A program made the translations under genes and the position numbers. From contig CBDAVP010000005.1 in the NCBI GenBank assembly GCA_965201075.1, positions 1 to 64,000 on the forward strand: a DNA stretch of 64,000 nucleotides, given 5' to 3'. Positions 1 through 8,981 of this stretch are shown here, piece after piece. Position 1 is the first letter of the stretch, and each line of letters starts with the position of its first letter. The DNA comes from Isosphaeraceae bacterium (lineage in GTDB: Bacteria > Planctomycetota > Planctomycetia > Isosphaerales > Isosphaeraceae). Under the pieces are notes generated by a model. It was not told where the DNA came from, searched no databases, and saw only the letters and a program-made list of their open reading frames with translations.

Positions 1-572
1 CGCTCGCGGCGACGTGGGGAATCATCATCTTGATGGCGACCAGGCGGTTGCTGACGACGTGGCGAGCAAGGTAAACCTCGCCCATCCCCCCGCCGCCGAG
101 CCATTTCTCGATCCAGTAGCCTGGGGGCGGGGTTGGGTATTTCAATCGCTGGGCTGAGCATGGGCCACAGAGCCAGTCGATGTGGGCGTCGCCGGGTCGG
201 GCGGCCAGGGCGACATCCCTCGGGGGCTTCGACCTCGCAGCCGAGGCAGCGGATCTTGGGCAAGCCCGCGCGGCTGTCCTCGACCCGGACGACGAATGCG
301 GTTTCCCCGGCCTCGATCAGGTCGGAATCGCGCAACCGGGCGCCGGCGATTCGCAGGCCGTTGACCTTGGTGCCGTTGGTGCTGCCCAGGTCTCGGAGAA
401 AGCAAGCGGGGGGATTGAACTCAACCAGGAAATGGTTGCGTGACAGGAAGTTGTCGCCGGGGACCGAGAAATGCGCCTGCGACGACCGCCCCACCACGAA
501 CGTGGCGTGGCTGTCGAAAAGATATTCCTGTCCGAGCAACGGCCCGGCGGTCACGCGGAGGACGACATTCAT
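1..572 (-). CDS. FHA domain + Zn-knuckle + Ser/Thr protein kinase (runs off the left window edge; apparent frameshift at ~222-226)
   Basis: Manual translation from ATG 572 gives an FHA domain (MNVVLRVTAGPLLGQEYLFD..FVVGRS..FLSRNH..LRDLGSTNGTKVNG). An adjacent frame gives kinase subdomains I-II (WLCGPC..YWIEKWLGGGGMGEVYLARH..LVAIKMM). Neither frame is in the ORF track because both run off the edge. Confidence 0.85.
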   Translation of the reverse strand, partial: MNVVLRVTAGPLLGQEYLFDSHATFVVGRSSQAHFSVPGDNFLSRNHFLVEFNPPACFLRDLGSTNGTKVNGLRIAGARLRDSDLIEAGETAFVVRVEDSRAGLPKIRCLGCEVEAPEGCRPGRPTRRRPHRLALWPMLSPAIEIPNPAPRLLDREMARRRGDGRGLPCSPRRQQPPGRHQDDDSPRRRE

Positions 573-746
573 CCCGGTTCCCCGGCAATCTCCTGAGTGG
601 CGGTGGTCGCTCGCGGAAGGGGTTGTTGAGCCAACGGTTCCACTCCGGCAGCTCCCCAGGGTTGGCGGTCCGGCCCGAGAGCGGACCTTCTAGTTATAGG
701 AGGATCGCCTCCGGAAAGGGAACGTGAATTCCGAAATGGGCTGGAC

Positions 747-2411
747 TTACCCCACACCCAATCGTTCCTCGGCCAGTTGGCGAAGCCGGCGGAGGTCGAG
801 CTTGCCGCTGCCGAGGACGGGCAATTCGTCGACCTGGACAAACGCATCGGCCGAGGGTTGCCAGAGGTTGGGCAGGCCGCGGGAGGTCAACTGTCGACAG
901 AGGTCTTCCGGCGGCGTCTTCATGGCCGTGTGGACGACGACCAAACGCTCGCCTCGGCGGGCGTCGGGCAAGGCCGTGACGGCCAGGAGGGCGTCATCGG
1001 CCCCCGCCGCCTCGATCAGGGCGGCCTCGACCTTCTCGTGAGGGACCATCTCGCCGCCGATCTTGGAGAACCGACTCACGCGGTCGGTGATGAAGAGGAA
1101 CCCGTCCGCGTCCTGATAGCCAATGTCGCCGGTCTCGTACCAGCCGTCGCGCACGACCTTGGCCGTCGCCTCGGGACGGTCGAGGTAGCCGGCCATCACC
1201 TGGGGACCGGCCACCAGGATCAAACCCTCGCCGCCCGTGGGTAGGTCCACGAGCGTCTCGGGATCGATCGCCCGGATCGCCGTACCCGGCAGTGGCATCC
1301 CCACCGAGCCAGGCCGATTGCCTGGAACCGACCGGCCGTCTCTTGTCGTCATTTCATGGGGAACGTTCACGGCCACGACTGGCGAAAGTTCGGTGCAGCC
1401 GTAGCCTTCGAGCGGCACGATCCTCAGCTTCTCGCGAATCTCGGCGACGAGGCCCGGCTTGAGCTTCTCGGCTCCCAGGACCGGGAGACGCATCGCCGAA
1501 AACGCCGAGGGGTCGCACTTCTTGACGTAAGCCCTCATGAAGGTCGGCGTGGCCAGGAGAATCGTCGCCCCATGCTTCTCGCAAAGGTTCCCGACCGTAC
1601 GGGCGTCCAGGGGGTTGTAGTGATAGACCCCGTTGAGACTCAGGGTCAGCACCGCCCAGAGGGGGACCGTGTAGCCGAAGGAATGGAAAAACGGCAGGAC
1701 ACCCATCACGACGTCCTTCTGAGGGATGATCCGGGCCTGGAGAGCGAACTGGTGGATGTTGCTCAAAATGTTGCGCTGTGTGAGGACCACCCCTTTGGGA
1801 TCGCCGGTCGAGCCCGAGGTGAAAATGATCGTCGCTGGGTCGTCCAGCCCGTCGCCATTCAGCCCCGTGACAAAATTCCCCAAAAGCCCGATCGGGACGA
1901 CCTTGGCCAGGACCGCGGCGCGAACCTTGTCGGAGGTGGTCACCGACTTGGCCAGATCCTCCAGCATCAGCAATTCGGCCTTGGGACGGACGGGCGACCG
2001 GGCCAGGATCTTGGGAGAAGTGACGATGTGGCGAATTCCGGCCTGCTCGACCGCCGAGTCCATCGCGTGCTGGCTGGAGGTGTAGTTGAGGTTCACCGCC
2101 ACCCGTCCCAGCATCGCCAACGTCACGTTCGCGACCGCCGAGGGGACCGTCGGCGGCAGGAGCAAGCCGACGCGGCGTTCGTCCTCGCCCAGCCGACGTT
2201 CAAGCGCCCGCCCCAGGGCCAGGGCCCTGAGCAACGCCTGGGCGGCCGTGACCTCGGCGCCCGTGCTATCCACCAATTTCACCCCGGGATGACGCCTCGC
2301 CGCATGCGCGAAGGCCCGAGCCAGCGACCTCCAGTGCTCGGGAAGGGGCGGCAACGGGTGATCGGGCGCGACAGGGGCCCGGGTGGGCGCCGTGATGGTC
2401 TCCGGCTTCAT
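747..2411 (-). CDS. AMP-binding acyl-ACP/acyl-CoA synthetase (Aas C-terminal-like)
   Basis: Adenylate-forming motifs IIFTSGSTGDPKGV, EGYGCTE, WYETGDIG, DRVSRFSKIGGEMV and LGSGKLD. Start placed at MKPETIT (2411). Confidence 0.9.
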   Translation of the reverse strand: MKPETITAPTRAPVAPDHPLPPLPEHWRSLARAFAHAARRHPGVKLVDSTGAEVTAAQALLRALALGRALERRLGEDERRVGLLLPPTVPSAVANVTLAMLGRVAVNLNYTSSQHAMDSAVEQAGIRHIVTSPKILARSPVRPKAELLMLEDLAKSVTTSDKVRAAVLAKVVPIGLLGNFVTGLNGDGLDDPATIIFTSGSTGDPKGVVLTQRNILSNIHQFALQARIIPQKDVVMGVLPFFHSFGYTVPLWAVLTLSLNGVYHYNPLDARTVGNLCEKHGATILLATPTFMRAYVKKCDPSAFSAMRLPVLGAEKLKPGLVAEIREKLRIVPLEGYGCTELSPVVAVNVPHEMTTRDGRSVPGNRPGSVGMPLPGTAIRAIDPETLVDLPTGGEGLILVAGPQVMAGYLDRPEATAKVVRDGWYETGDIGYQDADGFLFITDRVSRFSKIGGEMVPHEKVEAALIEAAGADDALLAVTALPDARRGERLVVVHTAMKTPPEDLCRQLTSRGLPNLWQPSADAFVQVDELPVLGSGKLDLRRLRQLAEERLGVG

Positions 2412-2524
2412 TGAGGACGCCTCGGGCGTTTCTTGGGGAATCGACTCACGAAGGTATCGGACGGATTCGCTCCCCACAATCGCATCGCCCCCCAGCCCTT
2501 GACGACCGGGACAGGGCCGGATAG

Positions 2525-2541
2525 GCTTTGCGTCGTAAAGC
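2525..2541. promoter_or_regulatory. Putative palindromic operator GCTTTGCGTCGTAAAGC
   Basis: Inverted repeat GCTTT-N7-AAAGC about 20 bp upstream of ATG 2562. A near-identical copy lies at 3611-3627. Confidence 0.55.
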
Positions 2542-2561
2542 GAATGATTCGTGGGGAGGGC

Positions 2562-3182
2562 ATGGAGATGGAGTTGAGGGAGGCCCTGATCCAGATCGCC
2601 GAGATTCGGGCCCAGATGGCCCGTTCCGAGGTTTTCCGGGGGTACAAGGCGGTGCCGGTAGCGTTCTCGGGCTTGCTGGCCTTTGTCGCGGCGGCGGCCC
2701 AGCCGTCGTGGGTGCCCGACCCCACCCGTCAGTTGCATGCGTATTTGGCGCTTTGGGTCGGGTCGGCGGGGGCCGCGGCGGTGGCCGCCGGGATCGGCAT
2801 GGCCCTGCGACGGAGGCATCCCTCGCCGGCCTGGGAGCGTCGCAAGGCGTGGCTGGCGTTGGAACAATTCTTGCCTTGCCTGGCGGCGGGTGGGTTGTTG
2901 ACGGTGGTCGTCGCTAGGGGGATGCCCGAGGCTCTAGCGTTGCTCCCCGGCCTCTGGCAACTGCTATTCGGCCTGGGAATTTTCGCCTCGGCGCGACTGC
3001 TCCCAAGGGCGATTTGGGGAGTCGGGGCGTTCTACCTGTCCTCGGGCTTCCTGTGTTTGCTGGCGGCCCACCTGGGAACAGCTCCTCCGCCCTGGATGAT
3101 GGGCATCCCGTTCGGCGTCGGGCAGCTTCTGGCGGCTGGGATCCTCTACTGGAACCTGGAGCGCGGCGATGTCGAAGCCTGA
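2562..3182 (+). CDS. Hypothetical multi-pass membrane protein, coupled to the downstream wHTH regulator
   Basis: GGAGGG RBS then MEMELREALIQIAEIRAQM, followed by about 6 hydrophobic segments. Overlaps the next gene. Confidence 0.8.
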   Translation: MEMELREALIQIAEIRAQMARSEVFRGYKAVPVAFSGLLAFVAAAAQPSWVPDPTRQLHAYLALWVGSAGAAAVAAGIGMALRRRHPSPAWERRKAWLALEQFLPCLAAGGLLTVVVARGMPEALALLPGLWQLLFGLGIFASARLLPRAIWGVGAFYLSSGFLCLLAAHLGTAPPPWMMGIPFGVGQLLAAGILYWNLERGDVEA

Positions 3183-3567
3183 ACCGCCCGCCCGCGACGA
3201 GCCTTCCGGGCGATTCGCCTACGATGGCCTGGAGCGGATCATCCACGAAAAGGCCCGCCTCGGCATTCTCACCTCCCTGGTCACCCGCCCCGATGGAATT
3301 CTCTTCGCCGAGCTGAAAGAACTCTGCGCCCTGACCGACGGCAACCTCAGCCGGCACCTCCAGGCCCTGCAAGAAGCTGGGCTCGTGGAAGTCTGGAAAG
3401 GATTCAAGGGGAATCGGCCCCAAACCCTCTGTCGCCTGACCGACGGGGGACGACGGCGGTTTCTGGATTACATCAACGTCCTGGAAGGGGTCATCGCCGA
3501 CGCCCTCTCCGCCGCCAAGGCTCACCCCGCTCCCGGCAACCCGACTAAAGGTTGGTCCACCGCCTGA
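3169..3567 (+). CDS. Winged helix-turn-helix transcriptional regulator (MarR/ArsR-like, HTH_34 type)
   Basis: IIHEKARLGILTSL..FAELKELCALTDGNLSRHLQALQEAGLVEVWKGFKGNRPQTLCRLT..GR. Confidence 0.9.
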   Translation: MSKPEPPARDEPSGRFAYDGLERIIHEKARLGILTSLVTRPDGILFAELKELCALTDGNLSRHLQALQEAGLVEVWKGFKGNRPQTLCRLTDGGRRRFLDYINVLEGVIADALSAAKAHPAPGNPTKGWSTA

Positions 3568-3574
3568 AACCTCG

Positions 3575-3604
3575 GCCCCCGACCACTCGGGGGCAATTTT
3601 TTTT
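3575..3604 (+). terminator. Rho-independent terminator
   Basis: GCCCCCGA-CCAC-TCGGGGGC hairpin followed by AA and a T8 run, just after the regulator stop codon. Confidence 0.8.
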
Positions 3605-3610
3605 CTTATC

Positions 3611-3627
3611 GCTTTGATTCGCAAAGT
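3611..3627. promoter_or_regulatory. Putative palindromic operator GCTTTGATTCGCAAAGT
   Basis: CTTTG-N5-CAAAG inverted repeat about 30 bp before ATG 3658. Matches the 2525-2541 site. Confidence 0.6.
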
Positions 3628-3657
3628 TCTTTTCTTTACCGAGTCAAGGAGAGTTTC

Positions 3658-4449
3658 ATGTTGCGGCTCTGGTTCGGAAATCTGGACGCGATCTTGCGGG
3701 GAGACGCGACGCGCCACTCCGGTTTGCGACGGGGACGGATTGAGGTTCCGGCGACAGGGTTGATTGTGGTCATCGCGATTCTGGGGCTTGCATATGGGGC
3801 CTGCATGGGGGCATTCCCGCTGTCCTGGGAAGGTGGGGGGTCGATCTGGCAGTTCCTGGCCACGACCTTGAAGGTGCCGGCTCTCTATTTCCTGACCTTG
3901 CTGGTCACGTTTCCGTCGCTTTACGTCTTCAATGCCTTGGTGGGCTCGCGGCTGGCGGCCCTGGCGACCTGGCGTCTGCTGGTCGCGGCGCTGGGGGTGA
4001 TGTTGGCGGTGCTGTCGTCCCTGGGGCCGGTGGTGGCGTTTTTCTCCCTGTGTACCACCAGCCACGATTTCGTCCTCCTGTTGAACGTGTTGGTCTTCGG
4101 GCTCTCGGGATTGCTGGGCCTGACGTTTCTGCTCAAAACCTTGCAACGGCTGGTGAAAGCGGTCGAGTCGCCGCCGCCCCCGCCGACCGAGGCCGAGGCC
4201 CTGGTGGGAATCGAGAAAGGTGAAGGGCCGGGGGCTCTTGAATCCCTGGAGAACGAGGCGCCGGAGGGACAGGTTTTGCGGGTCTTCGTCATTTGGGTCG
4301 TGGCGTTCGGTCTGGTGGGTGCCCAGATGGGCTGGGTGCTTTCGCCGTTCCTGGGCCGGCCGGGAGAACCGTTCATCCTGTTCCACGCTCGACAGTCGAA
4401 TTTCTTCGAGGCGGTCTGGCGGGCTCTCATGGCCCTGCTCGGTTCATGA
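3658..4449 (+). CDS. Hypothetical membrane protein (paralog of 4446-5132)
   Basis: AAGGAG RBS and multiple TM segments. Shares YGxxMG, KVP(A/L)L, PxxxVxN, LxP and VGxQxxWxLxPFxGxP motifs with the next gene. Confidence 0.85.
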   Translation: MLRLWFGNLDAILRGDATRHSGLRRGRIEVPATGLIVVIAILGLAYGACMGAFPLSWEGGGSIWQFLATTLKVPALYFLTLLVTFPSLYVFNALVGSRLAALATWRLLVAALGVMLAVLSSLGPVVAFFSLCTTSHDFVLLLNVLVFGLSGLLGLTFLLKTLQRLVKAVESPPPPPTEAEALVGIEKGEGPGALESLENEAPEGQVLRVFVIWVVAFGLVGAQMGWVLSPFLGRPGEPFILFHARQSNFFEAVWRALMALLGS

Positions 4450-5132
4450 ACGTCAAGGGGTGGCGATCGTTGGGCCGCTGGGTTGAGAACATTCTTCGGG
4501 GTCGACCTTCTTCCTTTGGCGACGGATTTCGGGATCTCACGGTGCTGGGAGGCCTGGTGGCGACCTGCGGATTCGGGTACGGCGTCGTGATGGGAAGTTA
4601 CGGTGGATGGGAAGGCTCTCGGGCCTGGCAGTTGGTGGTTTCGGGGATCAAGGTTCCGCTGCTGCTGGTGGCGACGTTCGGGTTGGTCCTCCCCGGTTAC
4701 TTCGTGCTGAACACGATTCTGGGGCTGCGGACCGACTTCCCCCGGGCCCTTCGCGCCGCATTGCTCTCTCAGGCGGCCATCGCCATCATCCTGGTGTCGC
4801 TGGCGCCGTTGACAGCGGTCTGGTACGCCTCATCCGAAGACTACCCGAGCGCCGTGCTGTTCAACGCGGCGGCGTTCGCGATTGCCTCGGTCGGGGCGCA
4901 AACCTCGTTGCGCAGGGCGTACCGACCCTTGATCGCGAGGGATCGTCGGCACCTGCTATTGCTCCGCGGCTGGCTGGTCGTCTACGCCTTCGTCGGGATT
5001 CAACTCGCGTGGCTGCTCCGCCCCTTCGTCGGCGACCCCACTAGCCCGGTACGGTTCCTCCGTGGCGGAGCCTGGGAAAATGCCTACGTCATCGTCGGTC
5101 GCCTGGTCTGGGACCGGCTTGGGGGTGGATGA
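4446..5132 (+). CDS. Hypothetical membrane protein (paralog of 3658-4449)
   Basis: ATGA overlap with the previous stop. Motifs YGVVMG, IKVPLLL and FVGIQLAWLLRPFVGDP. Confidence 0.85.
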   Translation: MNVKGWRSLGRWVENILRGRPSSFGDGFRDLTVLGGLVATCGFGYGVVMGSYGGWEGSRAWQLVVSGIKVPLLLVATFGLVLPGYFVLNTILGLRTDFPRALRAALLSQAAIAIILVSLAPLTAVWYASSEDYPSAVLFNAAAFAIASVGAQTSLRRAYRPLIARDRRHLLLLRGWLVVYAFVGIQLAWLLRPFVGDPTSPVRFLRGGAWENAYVIVGRLVWDRLGGG

Positions 5133-6095
5133 GTCACTGGGGTCATCGATACCGGAAATCGAGCGTAAATCCTTCGATGATAAGCTCCAGGGGTGTTTCG
5201 GCAGCCTGCCGAGGTCGAACCGTCCCAGCCAATCCGATGGGCTCGAATCCACCACCCGTTCGGCCCAGCCGCAGGAATGCGCGAGGACGCCGACGAGGCG
5301 GCGGGGGTCGACGCCTGTCTCTCGGAGGGTGGCGAGTTTCAGGGAACCGTCGCGCTTGGCCAGACGTCTCCCCTGCCCGTCCTCGACGAGCGGGACGTGG
5401 GCGAACTCTGGGATCGGCCAGCCAAGGTCTTGGTAGAGCAGGATCTGGCGGGGGGTGCTCGGGATGAGGTCGTCGCCTCGGACGACCTGAGTGACGTTCT
5501 GGGCCGCGTCGTCGTGGACCACCGCGAGCTGGTAGGAGATTGACCCGCTGGAACGGGCGACGACGAAGTCTCCGCCGAGTCGGGAGGGGTCGAGTTCCAT
5601 CGGCCCCCGGACCCGATCCTGCCAGGCGATGAGACCTTTCGGGACGCGAAACCGCCAGGCGAATGGGCGATCATCCAACGACGAGGTGTCGTCGGCGTGC
5701 CGATACGCGCAAGTGCCGGGATAGGCAGGTCCCTCGTCACTTTCGTGGGGCGCGGAGGCCGCCCGGGCGATGTCGGCCCGGGTGCAGGTGCAAGGATAAA
5801 CCGCGTCGATGGCGATCAGGCGGTCGAGAGTTTGCTGGTAGTCGTCCAGGCTCGCGGACTGAATCGAGTGGAGGCCATCCCAATCGAGCCCAAGCCATCG
5901 CAGGTCGTCGATGGCTCCGCCGACGGCTTCGGGTCGGGTCCGGGTGGCGTCCAGATCCTCGATCCGCAAGACGACCCGACCGCCGACGGACCTCGTGGCG
6001 AGCCAGGCCAGCAGGAACGTGCGGGCATGACCCAGGTGAAGTCCACCGGTGGGCGAAGGGGCCAGGCGGCCGATTGATGGGCGGTTGAAGGGCAT
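4956..6095 (-). CDS. gluQ: Glutamyl-Q tRNA(Asp) synthetase
   Basis: GRLAPSPTGGLHLGH, LRIEDLD, YPCTCTR..YPGTC, YQLAVVHDD..VVRGDDL and RLAKR. No anticodon-binding domain. Confidence 0.9.
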   Translation of the reverse strand: MPFNRPSIGRLAPSPTGGLHLGHARTFLLAWLATRSVGGRVVLRIEDLDATRTRPEAVGGAIDDLRWLGLDWDGLHSIQSASLDDYQQTLDRLIAIDAVYPCTCTRADIARAASAPHESDEGPAYPGTCAYRHADDTSSLDDRPFAWRFRVPKGLIAWQDRVRGPMELDPSRLGGDFVVARSSGSISYQLAVVHDDAAQNVTQVVRGDDLIPSTPRQILLYQDLGWPIPEFAHVPLVEDGQGRRLAKRDGSLKLATLRETGVDPRRLVGVLAHSCGWAERVVDSSPSDWLGRFDLGRLPKHPWSLSSKDLRSISGIDDPSDSSTPKPVPDQATDDDVGIFPGSATEEPYRASGVADEGAEQPRELNPDEGVDDQPAAEQ

Positions 6096-6274
6096 GGGAT
6101 CGCAGTTTCGCAGTGGCGGGATCACGAAGGGTCAGCGGGACCGGGCCGGAATTGACAGTCGGCGGGCTCCGAGGATAATCCCGCCGGGATTCGTGGAGCG
6201 AGTCCGGTCGGTCAAGGAGGCAAAAGGCCATGCCCGTCACCCTTTGGCCCGACGGCCGAGAATTTTCGCCGGGA

Positions 6275-7165
6275 ATGTCGCCGACCACAACCCGTCGAGG
6301 TTTCCTCGGGCAGGTCGCGGCGGCGGGAGCCGCGTTTGCCACGGGGTGCAACGCGAGGCCGGGCTCGGGGGGGAACTCGGGAGGCTGGTATGCCTGGCTG
6401 GCGGATGTCCACCTGGCCCAAGATCCGTTGGCCCGCACGTTCGGGCAGGTCATGGGCGATCACCTCCGCGCCGTCGTCGACGACCTAGGATCGGCCAGCG
6501 ACCCGGCCCGCGGGGTGATTGTCGCGGGAGACCTGGCCCTGGAGGAGGGCCGTCCCGGAGACTATGCCGCTCTCAGAATCGCTTTGGAACCGATCCGCCG
6601 CTCGGGAGTGCCGATCCACCTAGCGCTGGGAAACCACGATCATCGCGATGCCTTTCTTGCCCAGGAGGGTCGGCGCGGGGAAGACTTCGTGCCGGGCAAG
6701 TCGGTTGGGGTTGTCGAAGGGGCCGGGCATCGGCTGCTGATTCTCGACTCGCTGGATCGTCCGGGGCAGACGGCCGGACGGCTCGGCGAGGCGCAACGGG
6801 AGTGGCTGGCGAGCGAGCTGGACGAGCGGCCCGAGGTTCCCGCGATTTTGGTCGTCCACCATCACCTCGACGCCCACGACCGACCGGCGCTGGCCGACAC
6901 CCCCGCATTGCTCGACCTGCTCCGGAAACGCCGCCAGGCCAAGGCCGTCGTGTTCGGCCACACGCATCGCTGGGGATTGCGTCAGCTCGACGGGCTTCAT
7001 CTCGTCAACCTTCCGGCGGTCGGATACCGCTTCCACCACAAGCAGCCCATCGGCTACTGCCTGTTCCGTCCCAGTCCCGAGGGGGGGGAGTTGGAGTTGC
7101 GTTGCGTGTCTGGAGAGAGACGCTCACACGGGCGTCGCTACCCCTTGCAATGGCGGTCGGGCTGA
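6275..7165 (+). CDS. Tat-exported calcineurin-like metallophosphoesterase (Icc/CpdA-like)
   Basis: TRRGFLG twin-arginine signal; motifs ADVH, GDL, GNHD, HHH and FGHTH. Confidence 0.85.
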   Translation: MSPTTTRRGFLGQVAAAGAAFATGCNARPGSGGNSGGWYAWLADVHLAQDPLARTFGQVMGDHLRAVVDDLGSASDPARGVIVAGDLALEEGRPGDYAALRIALEPIRRSGVPIHLALGNHDHRDAFLAQEGRRGEDFVPGKSVGVVEGAGHRLLILDSLDRPGQTAGRLGEAQREWLASELDERPEVPAILVVHHHLDAHDRPALADTPALLDLLRKRRQAKAVVFGHTHRWGLRQLDGLHLVNLPAVGYRFHHKQPIGYCLFRPSPEGGELELRCVSGERRSHGRRYPLQWRSG

Positions 7166-7234
7166 GGTATCGGAGAGCCCGATTGTGAATGCGCGAGCCT
7201 TGCCAATCCCGCCGACCGCCGATGGAGATTCCCT

Positions 7235-7801
7235 TTGTCCACCTTCAATCCCTACGAAGCTCCCCGTTCCGACATCCGGTCGTTGGGTGGAAACCTCCTT
7301 GACGGGGACGCGATCTGGCAGGATGGAGACATGCTGGTCGCCCGGAATGAAGCCGAATATCCGGATCGTTGTATCAAATGCAACGCACCGGCCGAGGGGT
7401 ATCGGTTTCGTCGCACGGTCCGTTGGCATCCGCCCCTGGTCTATCTGGTGCTGTTGGCCAATATTCTGCTCTATGCCCTCATTGCTACCATCGTCTCGAA
7501 AAAATCGCGGGTCGAAGCGGGCCTATGTCGAGCCCACCGGGTCCGACGGCGCAACGCGATCCTGACCGGCTGGGGGATGGCGATCGTGGGGGTGGTCGTG
7601 TTCATCGCGGGTCTGTCGCTCGATGCCGGGTGGAAAGGGGTTCCGGTGGTTCTGGGACTTTGCTTGGTCTTCGGCGGTGCCATTTACGGAATTCTGCGTG
7701 CGCAGATTTACGTTCCCAAGAAGATCAACAAGGAAAAGTTTGTCTGGTTGCGGAAAGTCGACTCTGATTTTTTGGCCTCCCTGCCCGCGTGGCCGAACTG
7801 A
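7235..7801 (+). CDS. Hypothetical membrane protein with NPYxxP N-terminus and CxxC/CxxH putative Zn site
   Basis: GGAG RBS with TTG start; FNPYEAP, RCIKC, LCRAH and three hydrophobic segments. Confidence 0.75.
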   Translation: MSTFNPYEAPRSDIRSLGGNLLDGDAIWQDGDMLVARNEAEYPDRCIKCNAPAEGYRFRRTVRWHPPLVYLVLLANILLYALIATIVSKKSRVEAGLCRAHRVRRRNAILTGWGMAIVGVVVFIAGLSLDAGWKGVPVVLGLCLVFGGAIYGILRAQIYVPKKINKEKFVWLRKVDSDFLASLPAWPN

Positions 7802-7865
7802 TCGGAGAGTCGACGAATTTGAGACCGCTTGAATCCGATCGAAATTGCCGACGGGTAGACACAGC

Positions 7866-8049
7866 GGGTTGATCCCTTGTGGAGCAAGTCCCCGAGAACT
7901 CAGTAGTGGCGGACTACGAGGAGCAGTGCTCTCAAATCGACAGTGGCGGACTACTAGGCTGCCACTAATGACTGGGAGGTCGACCAAGCGGACCAGGTGT
8001 AGGATCCCGACGCGACCGATCTCACCAAATGCTCACGAGGCCGCTTTTT
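7866..8049. ncRNA. Candidate structured non-coding RNA or leader (family not recognised)
   Basis: Intergenic, with nested complementarities (7900-7912/7959-7971; 7871-7875/8002-8006) and a 13-bp direct repeat AGTGGCGGACTAC. Confidence 0.35.
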
Positions 8050-8175
8050 GTTGCAGGTTTGCCCCGCTCCTGGCCGATGATCTCGATACGACGAAGTGAT
8101 TTCCCGTAAGATCGAGGTCGGGCCAGCGAATTCCCGAGTGTCGGGCTCTGGGTTCGCGGCCGGGAGATCGGCACC

Positions 8176-8913
8176 ATGGGTTTGGATCTGGCCTTGGGGG
8201 CGGTGGTCGTATTGGCGGCGATCCGGGGGTGGATCCGGGGCTTTCTGCTCCAGGCCATTCGCCTCGGCGCGTTGGTGGGCAGCGTCTATGCAGCCGGGTC
8301 GATCCGCGAGGTAGCCCGTCCCTATGCCCGCCAACATCTCCCAACCTTGGAGGGGGAGCTTCTCGACAAACTGCTATGGTGGACGGCCGTGGTTGTCGGG
8401 TCGTTGGTGGTTTCGGGAGTGGCCTCGGCGATCGTCAGAGGGGCACGCCGTCGCAACGACCACGAGGCGGGCCGCAACGACGCCGACCACGCGGCCGGAT
8501 TTTTCCTGGGGTTGGTCAAGGGTTTGGTCGTCGCCTCGTTCCTGGCGGCGGGCGTGGAGAGATACTCCTCGCAATATCTCGGCGAGGTTCCTTGGGCCCG
8601 GGAGCAGGTCGACAAGTCTCGGGGCTTGCAATTTTCCCGGGAGTATCGGCCCGCCCTCCGGATCTGGCAATCGCCACCCGTGCGCCGGTTCGTCGCCCAT
8701 GTCCGAGCTTCCGGACTGTCTCCCAACGAGATTCGCGGGGAAGCGGGGAGCGCGACCGCCGGGGCCGCCTCACCTCATACCGCGGCCCCCTCGGCGTCGA
8801 TCACGCCGCCATTGTCACTTCCCGGCCCTGTTGCACTGGACCCTTCGGCGTCGACCTTTTTGCGCGACCTGGATGAGGCCCTCGGGATCCAGAGACCAGC
8901 GAACTCCCGTTGA
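8176..8913 (+). CDS. cvpA: CvpA (colicin V production) family membrane protein
   Basis: DLALGAVVVLAAIRGWIRGFL..ADHAAGFFLGLVKG..S pattern typical of CvpA, plus a Pro/Ala-rich tail. Confidence 0.8.
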   Translation: MGLDLALGAVVVLAAIRGWIRGFLLQAIRLGALVGSVYAAGSIREVARPYARQHLPTLEGELLDKLLWWTAVVVGSLVVSGVASAIVRGARRRNDHEAGRNDADHAAGFFLGLVKGLVVASFLAAGVERYSSQYLGEVPWAREQVDKSRGLQFSREYRPALRIWQSPPVRRFVAHVRASGLSPNEIRGEAGSATAGAASPHTAAPSASITPPLSLPGPVALDPSASTFLRDLDEALGIQRPANSR

Positions 8914-8981
8914 CCGATTCCCGCCCCCCCGGCACACTCCGCCCGGCCTGACGTCCGCATCGGGCCGGGAGTTTTTTGCGC

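Noticed and set aside
133..693. 186-aa plus-strand ORF
   Set aside because: Antisense shadow of the FHA-kinase gene; no motifs.
2412..2867. N-terminal extension of the 706-aa AMP-binding ORF
   Set aside because: Overlaps the divergent gene at 2562; recognisable protein begins at ATG 2411.
2914..4386. 490-aa minus-strand ORF
   Set aside because: Shadow of three well-supported plus-strand genes; typical of GC-rich DNA.
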